Shown here piece by piece: positions 40,347-54,084 of a stretch of DNA of 64,000 nucleotides; position 1 is the stretch's first letter, and the number at the start of each line of letters is the position of its first letter. The translations under genes were made by a program, and so were the position numbers. Source of the DNA: Lobosporangium transversale (Eukaryota); contig NW_019028979.1 in NCBI RefSeq assembly GCF_002105155.1, positions 434,001-498,000 of the forward strand, read 5' to 3'. The notes beneath the pieces are model-generated. The model worked only from the letters and a program-made list of their open reading frames with translations. It was not told where the DNA came from and did no database searches.

Positions 40347-42761
40347 ATGGCCTCATCAAGGGGGAAGCTCTTGAGCATACTGCTTACTTTGTCCTTGCTG
40401 CTCAATCTCACATGCACGGATGCCTTTAGAGCCATAATTGCAAGTTCTTTAATATCAATATTGACATGAATGTCGCAGGCAGCTTACTTATTCATTTTGA
40501 ATATCAACATGAATGTTTTAACGGAATAATTTTATTTATTGACCATGCGAAATATAGGACAGTGATCTACGTAAATTTGGATGTGCGGGAATGTATGGAT
40601 CTAGTCCTGGAACGAATGATAGTGAGATCAGAGGTATCCTGAAGTCGATGATGAGGATATATTAGATGTGCTTCATCAGTATGATTGGCTGGTTTATGTT
40701 TTATTCTAACAGATTGTTGGGAGATCCCCGATTCTGAATGGACGCGATAATAGTGGTTATGGATAAAAGTTCAAAGGGAAACGCGGTAGTCGTCATTTTC
40801 GAATGGAATGACAACAAATATGTTGGTAAAACTGACCCTGAAGATGGAAAGGTGAGGTTGTAGAGTTGCTTTTCAGTTCATTAATACACTTTCTGCTTTA
40901 CTTAAAAAAAAAAAAAAAAAAAAAAAAGACGACTGATAATTAACCTTCAGCCCATATTTTCTTCCTCGAATTTATTTATAATTAACGTTTTTACACAACA
41001 CAGCCCATATATATTTGCGATACCGACGCCTTGAAGGCAGGGCTTTGCAATGAAGGCGAGCTAGGCCATGCTTTGATTGACACGTCAGTCGAGTCGACAG
41101 TTAGATCTGCAACGTTCAACTTCACAGAGGAAGAGCAAAAAGGCATTCAGTACTATCAATATCATATAGAGAAAACTGGCTACTATTGTGTCATGGCATG
41201 GCCTGTGCAGGTTAATCAAGAGGACGCTTATTTTCAAGGTGTTCTCGACTTTAAGAACAAATACGGGACACTAGCAGGATCTGATTTCCCTAAACTTCCT
41301 GTAAGGGCTTTTTCTTGACAAAAGTTTATACCAGCAATCTGAATGAGTCGAAACAAAAGTAGGTACAAACCTACGAGAATATGGTCTAACAGGATCCATT
41401 TGTGTGCCTACTTGTAACATAATAGTTCTATGGTGTATTGTCGCTCATATATATGACAATTGGAATTTCGTGGATGGTCCTTTGTGCAAAACACTGGCGC
41501 GAGATCTTGATGGTACAACATTTTATCTCTGGCGTCATCTTCTTCTTAATGGTCGAAATGGCCTTCAACTGGGGCTATTGGGATGATTACAACAAAACCG
41601 GCCAGTCATGTAAAGTTTTCTTTTGTTTGTTTTGTTTACAGCTTGTATTTGCGTCAGATATGGTTCGCTTTCCTCTAATCACCTTATGTTGACTGTGTTT
41701 TAATCCTTAAATTTATAGCCATGGCTTTGCTTGTCATTGTATCAATCTTGAATTCGGGCCGTAACAGTATTTCGCTATTTATGCTTTTGATTGTCTCCAT
41801 GGGCTATGGTGTTGTGAAGTAAGTAATATTGTGATTAAGGCGGTAGCATGGAATGAGTAATTCTTTTTAATGATGTTCTGACAGCTTGCTTATTATATTC
41901 CTCTTCAATATGTAGACCGACGCTTGGAAGTACTATGAAAAAGGTCATCATTCTAAGCTCGGCCCACTTCTTGTTTGGAATCATCTATTCTGCGGGCACG
42001 ATGTCTCCTGTTGATGATATCAGTGCCATGATCGTGCTAATGGTAGTCGTGCCCTTGGCGCTAACGATGACTAGTTTTTATATCTGGACACTGCAATCAC
42101 TGACTTCAACTATCGCTACACTCAATCTACGCCGTCAAACAGAGAAGGTCAAGATGTACACTCGTTTGTGGCGTCTATTAGTCTTTTCGCTCACGGTATT
42201 GTGCGCTTTTTTCGTAATCAACACGCTCAACTTTATGAATGCGGACAGCGACGACTGGCCTGCAACCCACTGGCGTATTCAATGGTTCCTGTTGGACGGT
42301 TGGTTGAATGTTCTCTATTTAATCGTCTTCACAGTCATTGTCATCTTGTGGAGACCCACCGAAAACAATAAGGTAAATAAGCAAGTTTATTAACGATCAA
42401 ATAATAATGAAAAAAAAAAAAAAAACTAATATGACGAATCCTTTCCTAACAGAGATACGGGATCGATCAACTGGAGACAGAGGATTTCGATGATAATGAT
42501 GAGCACGCAGACCATAACAATGCGCGCGCTGCTGAGTCCATGGGATTGACTGGCATGAAACTCCGCCCTCAACGTCGTGACTATGAGATGGAGGACGATG
42601 TTGCCATGTTTGATATTGGCGAGGAAGATGAGGATGAAGATCAGGATGAAGACCACAATGGCGATGACTTGGAAGCTGGGGGTAGACCTAATATGCAGCG
42701 TATGAATTCAAGTAGCCGCGGATCTTCTTCAAGAGGACATTCGCCTGGAAACAATTTGTAA
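40347..42761 (+). CDS. PTM1: PTM1/TMEM87/GPR107-like GOST seven-transmembrane Golgi protein (multi-exon)
   Basis: Signal peptide; TGYYCV, FKNKYGTLAGSDFPKLP, LNSGRNSISLFMLLIVSMGYGVVK, WFLLDGWLNVLY..ILWRPTENN. Confidence 0.88.
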
Positions 42762-43008
42762 GTCCTGAAGGAAAAAGAAAAAAAGGATCATTGAGCCTAA
42801 AGAATACAATTTTAATATTTTATTTCCATCTTGCCTTCCGTCTCTAGCTCCAATGAGCCTAACCAGGAGCGTGTCCATAAGATGTACTAGATAGGGATCA
42901 GTTCAATGATAAAGAAATAACAGTGCAGTGGGTTTCTATTGTTTATTTATATTGGTCGCAATAATAATTAAGAGAGGGTGGACAAAAAAATCCGATTGAG
43001 TATTGATG

Positions 43009-44023
43009 CTAAAAAAAGACACCTAGAACACTGATGATGGCTATAGCAATGAGAGGAAGAACAAAGAATGTTGATAGATGCCAGACTGGCCAAAGTGCGA
43101 TAGTTGATCCGAATGAGCCCATGACTAGAGAAGCAGTTGCTATGCGGATAGGATAGAGAAACTCTTTTTCCCAATTGACGTACTCTGTAGGCTTCTTCCT
43201 TAACACAGGGCGGATAAATTCGAGATAGAAGAAGATGGAGAGCATGATCACCCAGCACAGAAGTGAAAATGTCAAAAAGTTTCTAAAAAAAAAAAGCCAT
43301 GATGACACATGAAAATTTTAGAACCAAACGCAAACTGAAACAAATTTTTCAGATGAGAAAGAGCGTCTTTCTCACAGATGCCTTACCCTCTGATGCGGGG
43401 ATCCCTCCTGTATATCAACACGTCAACTGCATCATAGTACCAGCCGATCAGTAGTCCTAGTATGGTTGGGATGAATGCCTTACGCACCCTCTGTGAAAGA
43501 GGTCTTCTTACTGTCAGTCCAGATTTTGATGATGTTGTGAACCCATGACGATCAGCGTTTGTTCCTAAATGATGATGACTGTTGTCGTGATTGCTGTGTT
43601 GATTGCCTCTGCCGTCTATTCGTCCATCACGGTAACCTTGGGAATTTGTATAGTTACCATCGCCGTCCTGGTCGCCCTGCGACATCTCTCCTTGACGACG
43701 TCGTATCATTCGTGCAGTTGCTGTTTGGGGGCCATTGGCTTGAACATCTGAACCTATCTCTAACGTACCGTCTGCGCGGGGTACCGTGAATGTGTGAATG
43801 CCTGCTCACAACAATAGAAATGTAGTTAAACGTTATTTCTTGAAACGATTGAGTATATACAGTAAACAATAATCAGAAATTGAATGTAAAAGGTCTTTGC
43901 TATCATACCATGGATTGTATTATCTCTTATTCCTACTGGTCCTTGTACAGGTCTTGCATCCGAGTTCGCTCGGGCTCCAAGACCATTTGTATTTGAAATG
44001 GGTTGTCCTGTGGGCTCGTTCAT
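43009..44023 (-). CDS. TMEM128-like membrane protein (5' exon boundaries uncertain)
   Basis: C-terminal FFYLEFIRP...YPIRIATASLVMGSFGSTIALWPVWHLSTFFVL resembles TMEM128; disordered N-terminus. Confidence 0.65.
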
Positions 44024-44200
44024 GTCTCGGGAATGTTGAATTCGTTGTTGAAAAAAAAAAAAAAAAAAAAAAAAGAATTGTTGGGTCGGTTTTAATTCTC
44101 ATGTCACACGAAACACGTAAACGGATCGAGGTGACTGGAATTTTCACGCGATGAAAGTATACGGAAAAACTTTTTTTTTTTTTAAAAAAATTCTTCATTC

Positions 44201-47042
44201 ATGTCGCACCTTCAGTTAGGCAGGATCTCATCTGCCATGGTCGGGATGAGTGCAGTTGGAATAGGCGTTGGGACTGCAACGACAACAACAGTGGCAGCAA
44301 CTTATCCGTTGCTTTTGTCCTCTTCGTCCATGCTTGGTGTTGGGTTGAGAGCAACGACTTCTGCAGGTTGTGCGCGGCCATGCTTTGCGTCTTTTGGAAG
44401 GAACACACTTATTGGAGGGTTGGCATTAACAGGCCATCGTGGGTTCGCATCCCTTCCCGAAGGCGCTCAGGAGGTTGGCAAGCTTGTTTCTTCTGCTACT
44501 GAAAAGATGGGACTTGGTGACAACCAGGTACTGCAACCAACAATAACAGCAATAAAAAAAAAAAAAAAAGAAAAAAAAAAAGAAAAAGATATGGCAGATG
44601 CCTAACGGGCCGTAACTCTTCTTTTCGTATAAAACAACATGAACCGTGGTATATTTTGATTCCTCATTCGGCTTTTGACGAGGAAGTTTGCTGCAGGAGG
44701 ATTTCAATTGGCATTGATAGGTGGTATCCTTGCAGGAATTAGAGTTCTAGGATCCTATGCCATCGAATATTTCAAAAAGAAAATTATAGTCACGGCCGAG
44801 TTTGATTCGAGAGATGAATCCTACAGTTGGATCTTGGTAATATGTTTACAGTGGTTGTGATCTTGGTTTTTTTTTTTTTTTTTTTTTTTTTTGTACATGT
44901 GCATATGGATCTAATCTAGAAAGGGATTCTCTATTTGTTCATAGAATTGGCTTAGTGACCATCCATATTCCAAAAAAGCAACTCATTTTTCAGTATCAAC
45001 GACAATTGCCAGAGGAGCTCAAAAAATCAACGGGTAAGAGATTAACTGGAGTTGACTCAAGCATCTACATTGAACTGAGAGTCCTCACTATCGAATATAT
45101 CTTCTTAATCCCACGTTGCTGGCTCATACGACTCTATAGAGAAGGAGGCGATTCTGCTATTGCCGCTACATATTTTTTGCCCGCTCCAGGTATAATGCAT
45201 AGCCCATGTCTGTCAATCAATGTTTAGACACAATAGATTGGCACTAGTGCTAAGAAAATGATGTCTCGCTTGATGTTTGCCGTTTTAGGACTCCACTTCT
45301 TCTGGTACAGGAATCGTTTGCTATGGGTGAGTTTTTCATGGACTATGTTGGATAGGGTTACAAGTATAGTTTTTGAGTCCATTTGATGATTTTTTTATTT
45401 TTTATTTTTTTTTACTAAACAACATGGTATTACTTCAACTATATTTATTCTAGCTGCACAGAGAGCGTGCCCGTCCTGCAGGATCCACTGTCGCCACTTC
45501 AGGGTCGGCGGTAGAAAATATTACTATTAGCACAATAGGCCGATCTCGTGATCTTATCCAGTCACTGATCTTGGAGGCACAGCGTAAATTTATTGATAGA
45601 GACCAATCTAGGACAGTTATCTTCCAAGCAGATCAATATGGTGCATGGAGACGGACCAAATCGAGACCCAAAAGGTTCAAAAAAAAAAAAAAAAAAAAAA
45701 AAAAAGATGAAAATTCAAAGCGCGTTTGTGCCATTGACTGATCCATCATAACGTTTTTTGTGATAGACCTCTAGATACTATTGTTATGGATCCGAAGTTG
45801 AAAAACTACATAGTGGAAGACGCCAAAGAGTTTTTTGCAAGTGAAAGCTGGTATGCAGAACGTGGTTTGCCCTTCCGACGTGGTGTAAGTCTGCAACTAT
45901 GATATCTAACATCCAGGAGATGACCGGTTTTTTTATGTTCAACAACAGCGACGACGGCATCAGCATCTATAGCCTTTTTTCTCATATTACACGCATTTTC
46001 CCTTAAAAATCATATTTTCCTAACTTCTTGTATTGTCTTCCAGTTGCTTTTATATGGATCTCCAGGGACAGGGAAGACATCGTTCATTCATGCATTGGCA
46101 GGAGAATTGGGACTCAATATCTATGTTGTCAATTTATCGAGCAAAAACCTTACCGACGATACACTCTCGGAATTGGTTTCCGATACGCCATCGAGATGCC
46201 TGCTATTGATCGAAGACGTAGACGCTGCTTTTGTTCAAAGAGAATCTCAGGATGCTGCTAAAGGAATCACGTTTTCAGGATTGCTCAATTCCGTAGACGG
46301 TGTATCGGCTCAAGAAGGCCGTATCTTGTGCATGACGACCAAGTAAGTGGCAATTCTTTTGTTCTATCTCTTTTCCTCCCTCCAAAAGCACTGGCATACC
46401 ATAGATTATTTGAGGGGTTATTGCTCCAAATATTTATCCACTATTATTCGATGCAGTCACTTAGAGCGTTTGGATGAGGCATTGATCCGTCCGGGCCGTG
46501 TGGATGTACGAGCTAAATTCGGGAAAGCTAGCCAACTGCAAGCAAAGGAACTCTTTATCAAGTTTTATCCTCATGTTTCTGGCACTCGAGTGGACAGCTC
46601 TGTATCCAAGGAGCCGAACAACAATAAACGACTAAGCGCACCTTCTAATTTATCAGAAACGACAAATTATTTGGACAATGGCAATTCTACCGTGTCATCA
46701 ATGACTTCCCCTGCAGAGAATGCGATCAATAGCCTTTCAGCTGCCCAAACAGAAGCGCTAGCAACGCAGTTTGCCAAAGTTATACCTGACCAAATGTTTT
46801 CAATCGCTCAGCTGCAAGGCTTTTTGATGGGCTACAAAAAATCACCAGAGTTGGCAGTGAAGCATGCAGAAAAATTTGTTAGACAAGCTGGAAGCGCCGA
46901 AGTAAGTGGAACGGCCAAGGTTGAATATGATGAAGAGACTACTGGCAAAGCTTCTGAGAAACAATTTTACTGGGAAGATGATGAGGAAAAGCAAGGGTTT
47001 AGAGAAGAAAAGGAACGTGAGCGGAAAGCAAGCCTGAAATAA
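44201..47042 (+). CDS. BCS1: BCS1-like mitochondrial AAA ATPase (multi-exon)
   Basis: [38 protein letters not shown] (Walker A), [11 protein letters not shown] (Walker B), [36 protein letters not shown]. Confidence 0.9.
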
Positions 47043-47136
47043 ACTACCTGCCTGTTTTCATCATGTCTATTATTTTTATTTACTATTCCTACTTTTAAAC
47101 TATGGTTCATTAAATAGTGGTAGACTATTTCTATGA

Positions 47137-48915
47137 TCATTTGGCACCGGGCTTCTTTAATTGAAATCCACCAATCTTCATAGGCTTAAACCCGCTTAGT
47201 TTAACGGGCTGGAATCCAGCCGGAGTAGCTGAAGGTGCAGATACAGCTTCTGGCCCTGCATTTGTCGTTGTTGAAGATGATACCGGCATATTGGGGTCAT
47301 CATTTTCTTCCTCAGGAAGGAATCCACTCACTTTTACAGGTTGAAAACCACTCTTTTTATCTGGCTGCAATCCAGGTACTTTCACAGGTTGAAAACCACT
47401 AGTCGGTATTGAGTTGGTCGTTCCTTGATTGTTTTCAGATCGTGCTGTACTACCACTCACCTGCTCGGGCTGAGGCTCACTCGATGTCACAGGCTCAAAT
47501 CCTCCAAGTCTGACGGGTTGAAAGCCTGTCCGTCCTATGGTAGTCTGAGCTGGTACAGATGGAGTACTGAGAATTCCTGTTCCAATGCTTCCTCCTGCAC
47601 CTGCACCTGCTCTTTTCATGGCGGCCTCTTGCATCTTTGCTAGCTCCCTTTCTTCCCTACGTTTTTCCTTTTCCTTGATCTTATTCATAGTACCCGCTGC
47701 TCCTGCACGACTAGTTTCCTTCATTTCTTTGAAGCGCTATATAATTATAATGATATCAATAGCAATAAAGGAAAGAAAACGTAAATTAAAAGAATGTTCT
47801 ACTTTCATTTGCGTTTAATGAATTTCAGCTGCGTCGCCCATTCTCACCTTCTTATGGTTATGATCGTATGAACTCAAGTGAACTTCATATTCAGAGATGC
47901 GTTCATACTGCTTATCGCAAAGTGCGCAATAAAATGCTGACTTGACTACTTCAAGTTCCGCCTTGACAGCTACTTTCTGCTGAACTTGTTTCTAATGGAG
48001 TTTTATAACAAGTCATTGTGTTATCGTTAAATTTAAATAAATATATATATATAAAAGCATAAAAAGAAGCATAAAAAAAAGCATGAATGTTACCTCGCGC
48101 TTATTCTTTTCTTCCTCAGTTTCTTCTGCTTGTCTCTCCACCTCTAGCGCCTTCCTTTTGGCGGTACTCGATTCATTATACCAATTATCAACCTCCTGTT
48201 TTCCAATTCCTAGCACATCCTGCTTATGCTCAATTGGGATCGGTGCTGTCCTACCTTTTAAAATTGTAAGCAATAAATGGATATTGTGATTAATATATGA
48301 TTTCATGAAGATATACACACATATATAAAAAGGAAAAGAAGCTAATGCTGGTTATTCACCTGTGGCGTTTTGACCAAGTCCTGTTCCAACCTTCCATCCC
48401 ATTTTCAACAAAAGCTTGTATCCAACATTGGAGGCTGGAATATGAGTCTGCATATCTGCAGCTTCAACTTGAATATCTCCATCATCGTCATCGAGTCGAT
48501 CGCTTAGACTATCCTCATTTGAATCAGAGCTGTTCTCTTGCGGACGATGCTGTGCTCTAAGTGCATCTTTCGTCTAAACCAAACAAAAAAAAAAAAAAAA
48601 AAAAAAAAAAAACGAAAACGGAAGGAGTGGGGAAAAAAGAAGGAAAAAAAAAAAAGAGTTTTTGTTCCGCAATGATAAGACTAGATTCTTTCTCTCTCTC
48701 TGAATAATTAAAAGGCATCTAGTTGTTGCCAACAATATTCAATGTAATAGGTTGCTTTAAAGACAAAAATGAAAAGGAACGGAGCGTAAGGTATAATTCT
48801 ATATAAAAGAAAGTCTTTTTTTGGCCTATAAACCTACTTGAGCAAACTGTTGTAGCTCCTGGCGATAAAATCTCTGTATCTGCTCTTGTTGTCGGTCCTG
48901 TGGAAGTTGTTGCAT
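47137..48915 (-). CDS. G-patch and C2H2 zinc-finger protein (GPATCH8/ZNF804-like); about 5 exons
   Basis: SNVGYKLLLKMGWKVGTGLGQNATG|RTAPI G-patch; FYCALCDKQYERISEYEVHLSSYDHNHKK|RFKEMK zinc finger; first exon MQQLPQDRQQ...FAQ ends at a GT donor. Confidence 0.85.
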
Positions 48916-49893
48916 GACTACAAGTTATTAGAATGAAAGACAGAATAGAAAGAGGGAGAGTAAGTACTTCAATCACGAGTATCAAGGGATTTTTTTTGAA
49001 AAGCCACGAACGTCAAGGACATGGATGTGATGGCTGTCTCCTTAACCCATTCCATTCTCTTTGCTTAGACAATAAAATCACAATGCAAGAATCTGTGCGG
49101 GATCAGCAGCAGCGTCAACAACAACAGCAACAAGAAGCACGCCAAGCCATGGATAGTAAGCTCTCTAGTTAGAATTTCTAGTACAGCAAAGACTCATACA
49201 AGGATAAAATAAAAAGCCTCACAGCAACCAACTGTTTTATTTGCGAGAGAAATAGTCCTGACCGAAATGTCAACTCTTCTCAATACGGGGCTTGACCGAG
49301 AAACGTTGTCTGTTTGTGTCTCATTATGTGAATCTGGCGTCAACCCAGAGGCATTGGCGGTTCGTGATCTTTTGTTTCCTTTGTACCAAAAAGCAGGGAT
49401 CTTTTTTTAACCTCACCACAAAATTGATTCGTGATAAGTGGATTCTAACTGAAATACATTCTACAATACTTATGGAACTGGTGGTTAAAATCCCTGGTCG
49501 TGATATATACTCTCTCTTTCTTTAGGCTGTCATCAAGGAACTTCGACGAGAGGCTGCTTCCGCAAAAGTAAAAGCCTAAGTCTGAAGCATATTGCATATA
49601 CATGGTTTTTTTTTTTTTTGAAAAAAGTCTCTTCAACTCACTATCATTTCAATATTTGATAGACCGCTTCATGAGACCAATTATCAAAGATTTCTCAGAG
49701 GCCTGGGTCTGCTGTTTCCAACCATTTGCCTGTACTACTAGGACTTGTTTGAAAAAGATTTATTATTTTTTATGAACAATTATCAAACCAAGCTGAATTC
49801 TCTGTTTTAAAGGATAGAATGCTGAGTGAATTAAAGTTTTTCTCCATCAGTGAGGTAGTAGAATAAAGTTTTTCAAACACTGCCCATCTTGCT

Positions 49894-50834
49894 CTAGACA
49901 ATCTTGGGTTCAGCAAGGTTGGGGCCATTGCCAGCAGGGACAATGCCAGTTGGGTTAATCTGGAGATGAGACTGATAGTAATGCTTCTTGATGTGTTCCA
50001 TGCTGACAGTTTCAGCGACCTTGGGCAATTGATAGATGCGGCGTGCCCATTTCAGGATGTGAGGGTAGTCCTTTTCAATGCTCTTGATGTTGCACTTGAA
50101 ATGCCCATGATAGACAGGGTCAAAACGGATGATGGTTGTCCACAGACGGAGATCGGCCTCAGTAAGGGTATTTCCAACGAGGTAATCAGATTTGGACAAG
50201 ATGCCTTCAATCCTGTCCAACGACTCAAAAAGTGGATACACATTCTTGTCATATGCCTCCTGTGATGTTGCGAACCCAGATTTGTAAACGCCATTATTGA
50301 CGGTATCATAAACCCATTCATTCACCGAATCAATTTCGGATTGGAGATTAGGAGGATAAAAGTTTACGCCAGCCTTTTCTGGGACAAGTTTGTCGAAAGC
50401 CGTGTTGAGCATACGAATGATCTCGCTACTTTCATTATTCACTACAAAGAGAAAATAGGGGGTTTTGTGATCAGGACCAAGGTTTATTCATGCATGGGTA
50501 CATACAAAAAAATATCAACGTTCCCACCCTACCCTACACAGCCCCTTCTCTTGGTTTGCTCAACTAAGAGGGAGAGAGCAGCAATGACAAATGGCCTACT
50601 TACCAATGGTTTGAGTCTTCTTATCCCAGAGAACAGGGACTGTGTAGCGTCCACTATAATCGGGCTGGGCCTTAAAGTAAAGATCCTTGATGAACTTTGA
50701 TCCATAGAGAGAATCCTGGTAATCGTCCCTGAAAGGCCAGCCATTCTCTTGCAAATGCCAATGAACAACATCCACGGAAATGATGTCCTCAAGGCCCTTC
50801 AATGCGCGCACAAGCAAGGTGCGATGAGCCTAAA

Positions 50835-50871
<37 letters not shown>

Positions 50872-51242
50872 GTTAGATGAGGGCTATTCATATGCTTCAT
50901 TACATAGATAAATTGCCATTGATTCAAAGAGACCAATTTCTATCAGAGAAAACTTACCCAGGGACAAGCATAAGAGACATAAAGGTGATATCGGCCACTA
51001 GAGCATCCAAAGCAAACAGCATGTCATTAGCGCTAACAATATATATTTTTCTTTTTTACGTTATTTGCTCCATTGCGGAAAAAGTACGAATCGCTGGGCA
51101 TCGTTGGGAACACGTACGCTTCGGGGCTAAACTTGGCATTGGGTTCATCAACGATGGATTCACGGAAGCTCGAGACCTGACGCTTGAATTCGCCTGTCTT
51201 ATCATTGGCCCACTTGAGGATCGATTGGGAATTAACCATCAT
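49894..51242 (-). CDS. ECM4: Glutathionyl-hydroquinone reductase / ECM4-GTO-type GST (4 exons)
   Basis: GEFKRQVSSFR, GRYHLYVSYACPW|AHRTL, YSGRYTVPVLWDKK, NNESSEIIRMLN, NNGVYKSGFA, HIKKHYYQSH..INPTGIVP. Confidence 0.93.
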
Positions 51243-51812
51243 CGTGTTTCTTTGACCTTGGATGTAAGCTGGTTGTTGTTTTAGAAGAGAACGGTTGGCG
51301 TTGATGGTTAACGACGTGAGAGAAGCGCGAGAGGCAAAGTTGGCAGTTGCGCTTTTTGACAGCAGACGGGTGGAGATTCTTGAGATGAGAATTTTGGAAA
51401 AAAATCGTTTGAGGGCGAAGAAAGGATTGTGAATATGAATGCGAGGATATGAAGGAAGTGGATGTAGGATTGGAGTGTCCCTCTTATACCTTTTTTTTTT
51501 AAGCATCGTCCAAGCTGCGAGGCTTAGTTGACGCGAAAGAATTGATTTGTCAATGTTCAATTATTAATTATTAATAGTTATTACTACTTGCCAAAACTTA
51601 CGATATCATGGCTACTTGCTGCTGATATATATACTTATAATAATTATTATCACTATTTTTATTATTATTATACTATGGTATCTTTATTAATGGAATGAGG
51701 AACAACATTTTTTTTTTTTTTTTGTAAGAGTGATAGATACTTTGTACCCAGATGACTTTTTTGCCATTTTCTTTCATGTGCTTTTTTCTATCGAACAAAT
51801 GATGTCAAAAAA

Positions 51813-54084
51813 TTATGCCTGCTTGTTGTTACTATTGGCGGCTGCACTAAAGACACCGAGCTAAGTTTAAGAGTAAATATTTAAGAATTGTTTGTTAGTC
51901 ATACGTTCACTAACCGGCCCAAAGCTGACAAGAAACATCAGAGAGTCCATGTACCTGTTGAAGCACAATGATGGCAATGATGGCGATAAGCACAATAGAG
52001 ACAATCAAGCAAATCCATTTCTTTTTTCTAGCTCCACGGGCATTAACAATGGCCACATCGACCTCTTTGTTTCCGGTCTCAAGATGTACTTCCGTCTGCT
52101 GCGTACTCTCCTCAATCGTGTTCATGACCTCAGCCTGCTCCGTAACCAATGTCTCCATGTCAATGAACAACTGATGCAATTCCTATTAGTAAAATAAAAT
52201 ACAGAAGACAAAAGTATGCATCATTAGAATCCGTTGAATGAGCATCAATTCTATAGTCATCTGCTTTCGAAATATAAATGAGGGTAAAAATCAACCATAC
52301 AAGGATGGTCTTCTCAATCTTCTTGATATCATCGTGACGGCTTTGGACTTCTCGGAGAGCCCTGCTGGCATCGCCATAACGAGTGCTGTTAAGGACCTAT
52401 TGTGATGAATGAAATAGACAGTACATTCAGCATCTGATTCTTATCATGCATGTCAATTTGCCTTGCAATTACTCGTGAAGCATTTCATACAGATTGAGCA
52501 AAGATTTGCTGGTTGTCGCTCTCTAAAGCTTGAGCAATCTCTTGGGGGGTAGCATCAGGTTTGACTATCAATTGGGCGAAGTTGTATGGGATAAGTTAGG
52601 ATGAAGGATGAGGTAATTGGTTACATTTGCTTCGTTGCATCAGTGTCCTAGTAGCAAGTGGTTTTTTTAGTCATACCAATCTTGTATTGCCTTTCCATGC
52701 GACCCTGATATTTCTTTCTAGCCTCACTTTCCGCGGATTGGTAGTGACGAAGAGTCTTCAGGAACTTTTCTTTCAAGGCTCCGGCCTGGGTTCTACGGAT
52801 TTGAATGTCCGGCGAGTTAGCTAGGCGAAGATTAGCCAGTTCAATATCTAGGATAGGTAAAGTCAATGCAAACATGAATGTCAGTACCAGTTCATATAGG
52901 ACTGCAACCCTGATTGAAGGCACAGTTTATATGCATTCTTTACCCTTGATTCTTTTCTTTGTGCGGTTGGACAGCTGTGTTGTGTCAGCGGTAATAGCCT
53001 CCAATTGACGGTTGGTGCGCGAAGACTGTTCTTCAGTTGCAACACCATTCAATGAGATATCGTGGAGCTCCTCAATCTTGGCAATATTTTGCTCGATCTT
53101 GGTAATATCTTCTTGAATTGAAGTGACCTAGATTTTTTTTTTTTTTTTTTTTTTTTTTGAAGTTGAAAAAGAGTATGGGGAGATTAGTTTGATGCGAATA
53201 TTGGGAACTGCATGCATATTACTGCAGGTAAGAAACCTAATTTCGCAAGAGCGTTGGATGGGAAAGGATTGGGTGCACACCCATAACAGGCACTGCACTA
53301 TTCTGTCAATTCCAATGGTGTTGACGCTGGCTCTCGATTCTTATTCTGGTATGTGTATGCAGCAATTTGCTCTTCTTGTCTGGTCGTCTCCAATTTTATT
53401 AGTCTTTTTTTCACAGCTCCCAATAGAAAACAATGAGCCCGCCATTAAAACACTTTTTCTTTTTTCTTTTTTTTTTTTCTTTTGTCGTCCAAGTCACTAC
53501 TGTCTTTAAACCTACCTCACTAAAGAAAGCGTTCATGTCACTGGGACCGGCATTGTTCTGTTGGACAGGAGTCATCTCGATCCTTGTAGATGGCTGCTGC
53601 TGATAGCCACCATACTGTGCAGGCTGGCTGTACTGGTTTTGCTGAGCAAATTGGTTTTGCTGACCATATTGATTTTGCTGACCGTACTGCTGACCGTATT
53701 GCTGTTGACCGTACTGGTTACCACCATATTGCTGGCCACTACTTCATCAGTACACACATATGATGAGAGAAAAGAGGGACAATTAGGCTTGTTAGTCTTA
53801 TTGGGGTCACTGTCAGGATGACAGCGGGTATGTTCTTGATTTCGGCTCCATCTTTGACAAGACAAAAAAAAAAAAAAAAAAAAAAAAAAATGTACCCGTA
53901 GCCCTGGTTCTGGTTATTAGACGAGGATTGTGCCTAACCAGGATTCGATGCGTATTGATCGGAGATTTAAAAACATTAAAATGATGAGAATATCAGCAAC
54001 AGATGTGAGGTTGGTCTTTTATCTCCTTAATAGGGAGGAGTCTGTCAGTACCTGAAAGTCGGCCAAGCGATCTCTTCCACTCAT
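51813..54084 (-). CDS. SSO1: Plasma-membrane syntaxin (Sso1/2-like Qa-SNARE), multi-exon
   Basis: MSGRDRLADFQ start, Q/G/Y-rich N-terminus, Habc helices, ALREVQSRHDDIKKIEKTIL|ELHQLFIDMETLVTEQ SNARE motif, ARKKKWICLIVSIVLIAIIAIIV TM. Confidence 0.9.

Noticed and set aside
40645..40743. Possible intronic C/D snoRNA in a PTM1 intron (ATGATGA at 40648, CTGA at 40734)
   Set aside because: The likely branch point (CTAAC, about 40706) lies inside it, the D box is only about 16 nt from the 3' splice site, and I recognised no rRNA guide.
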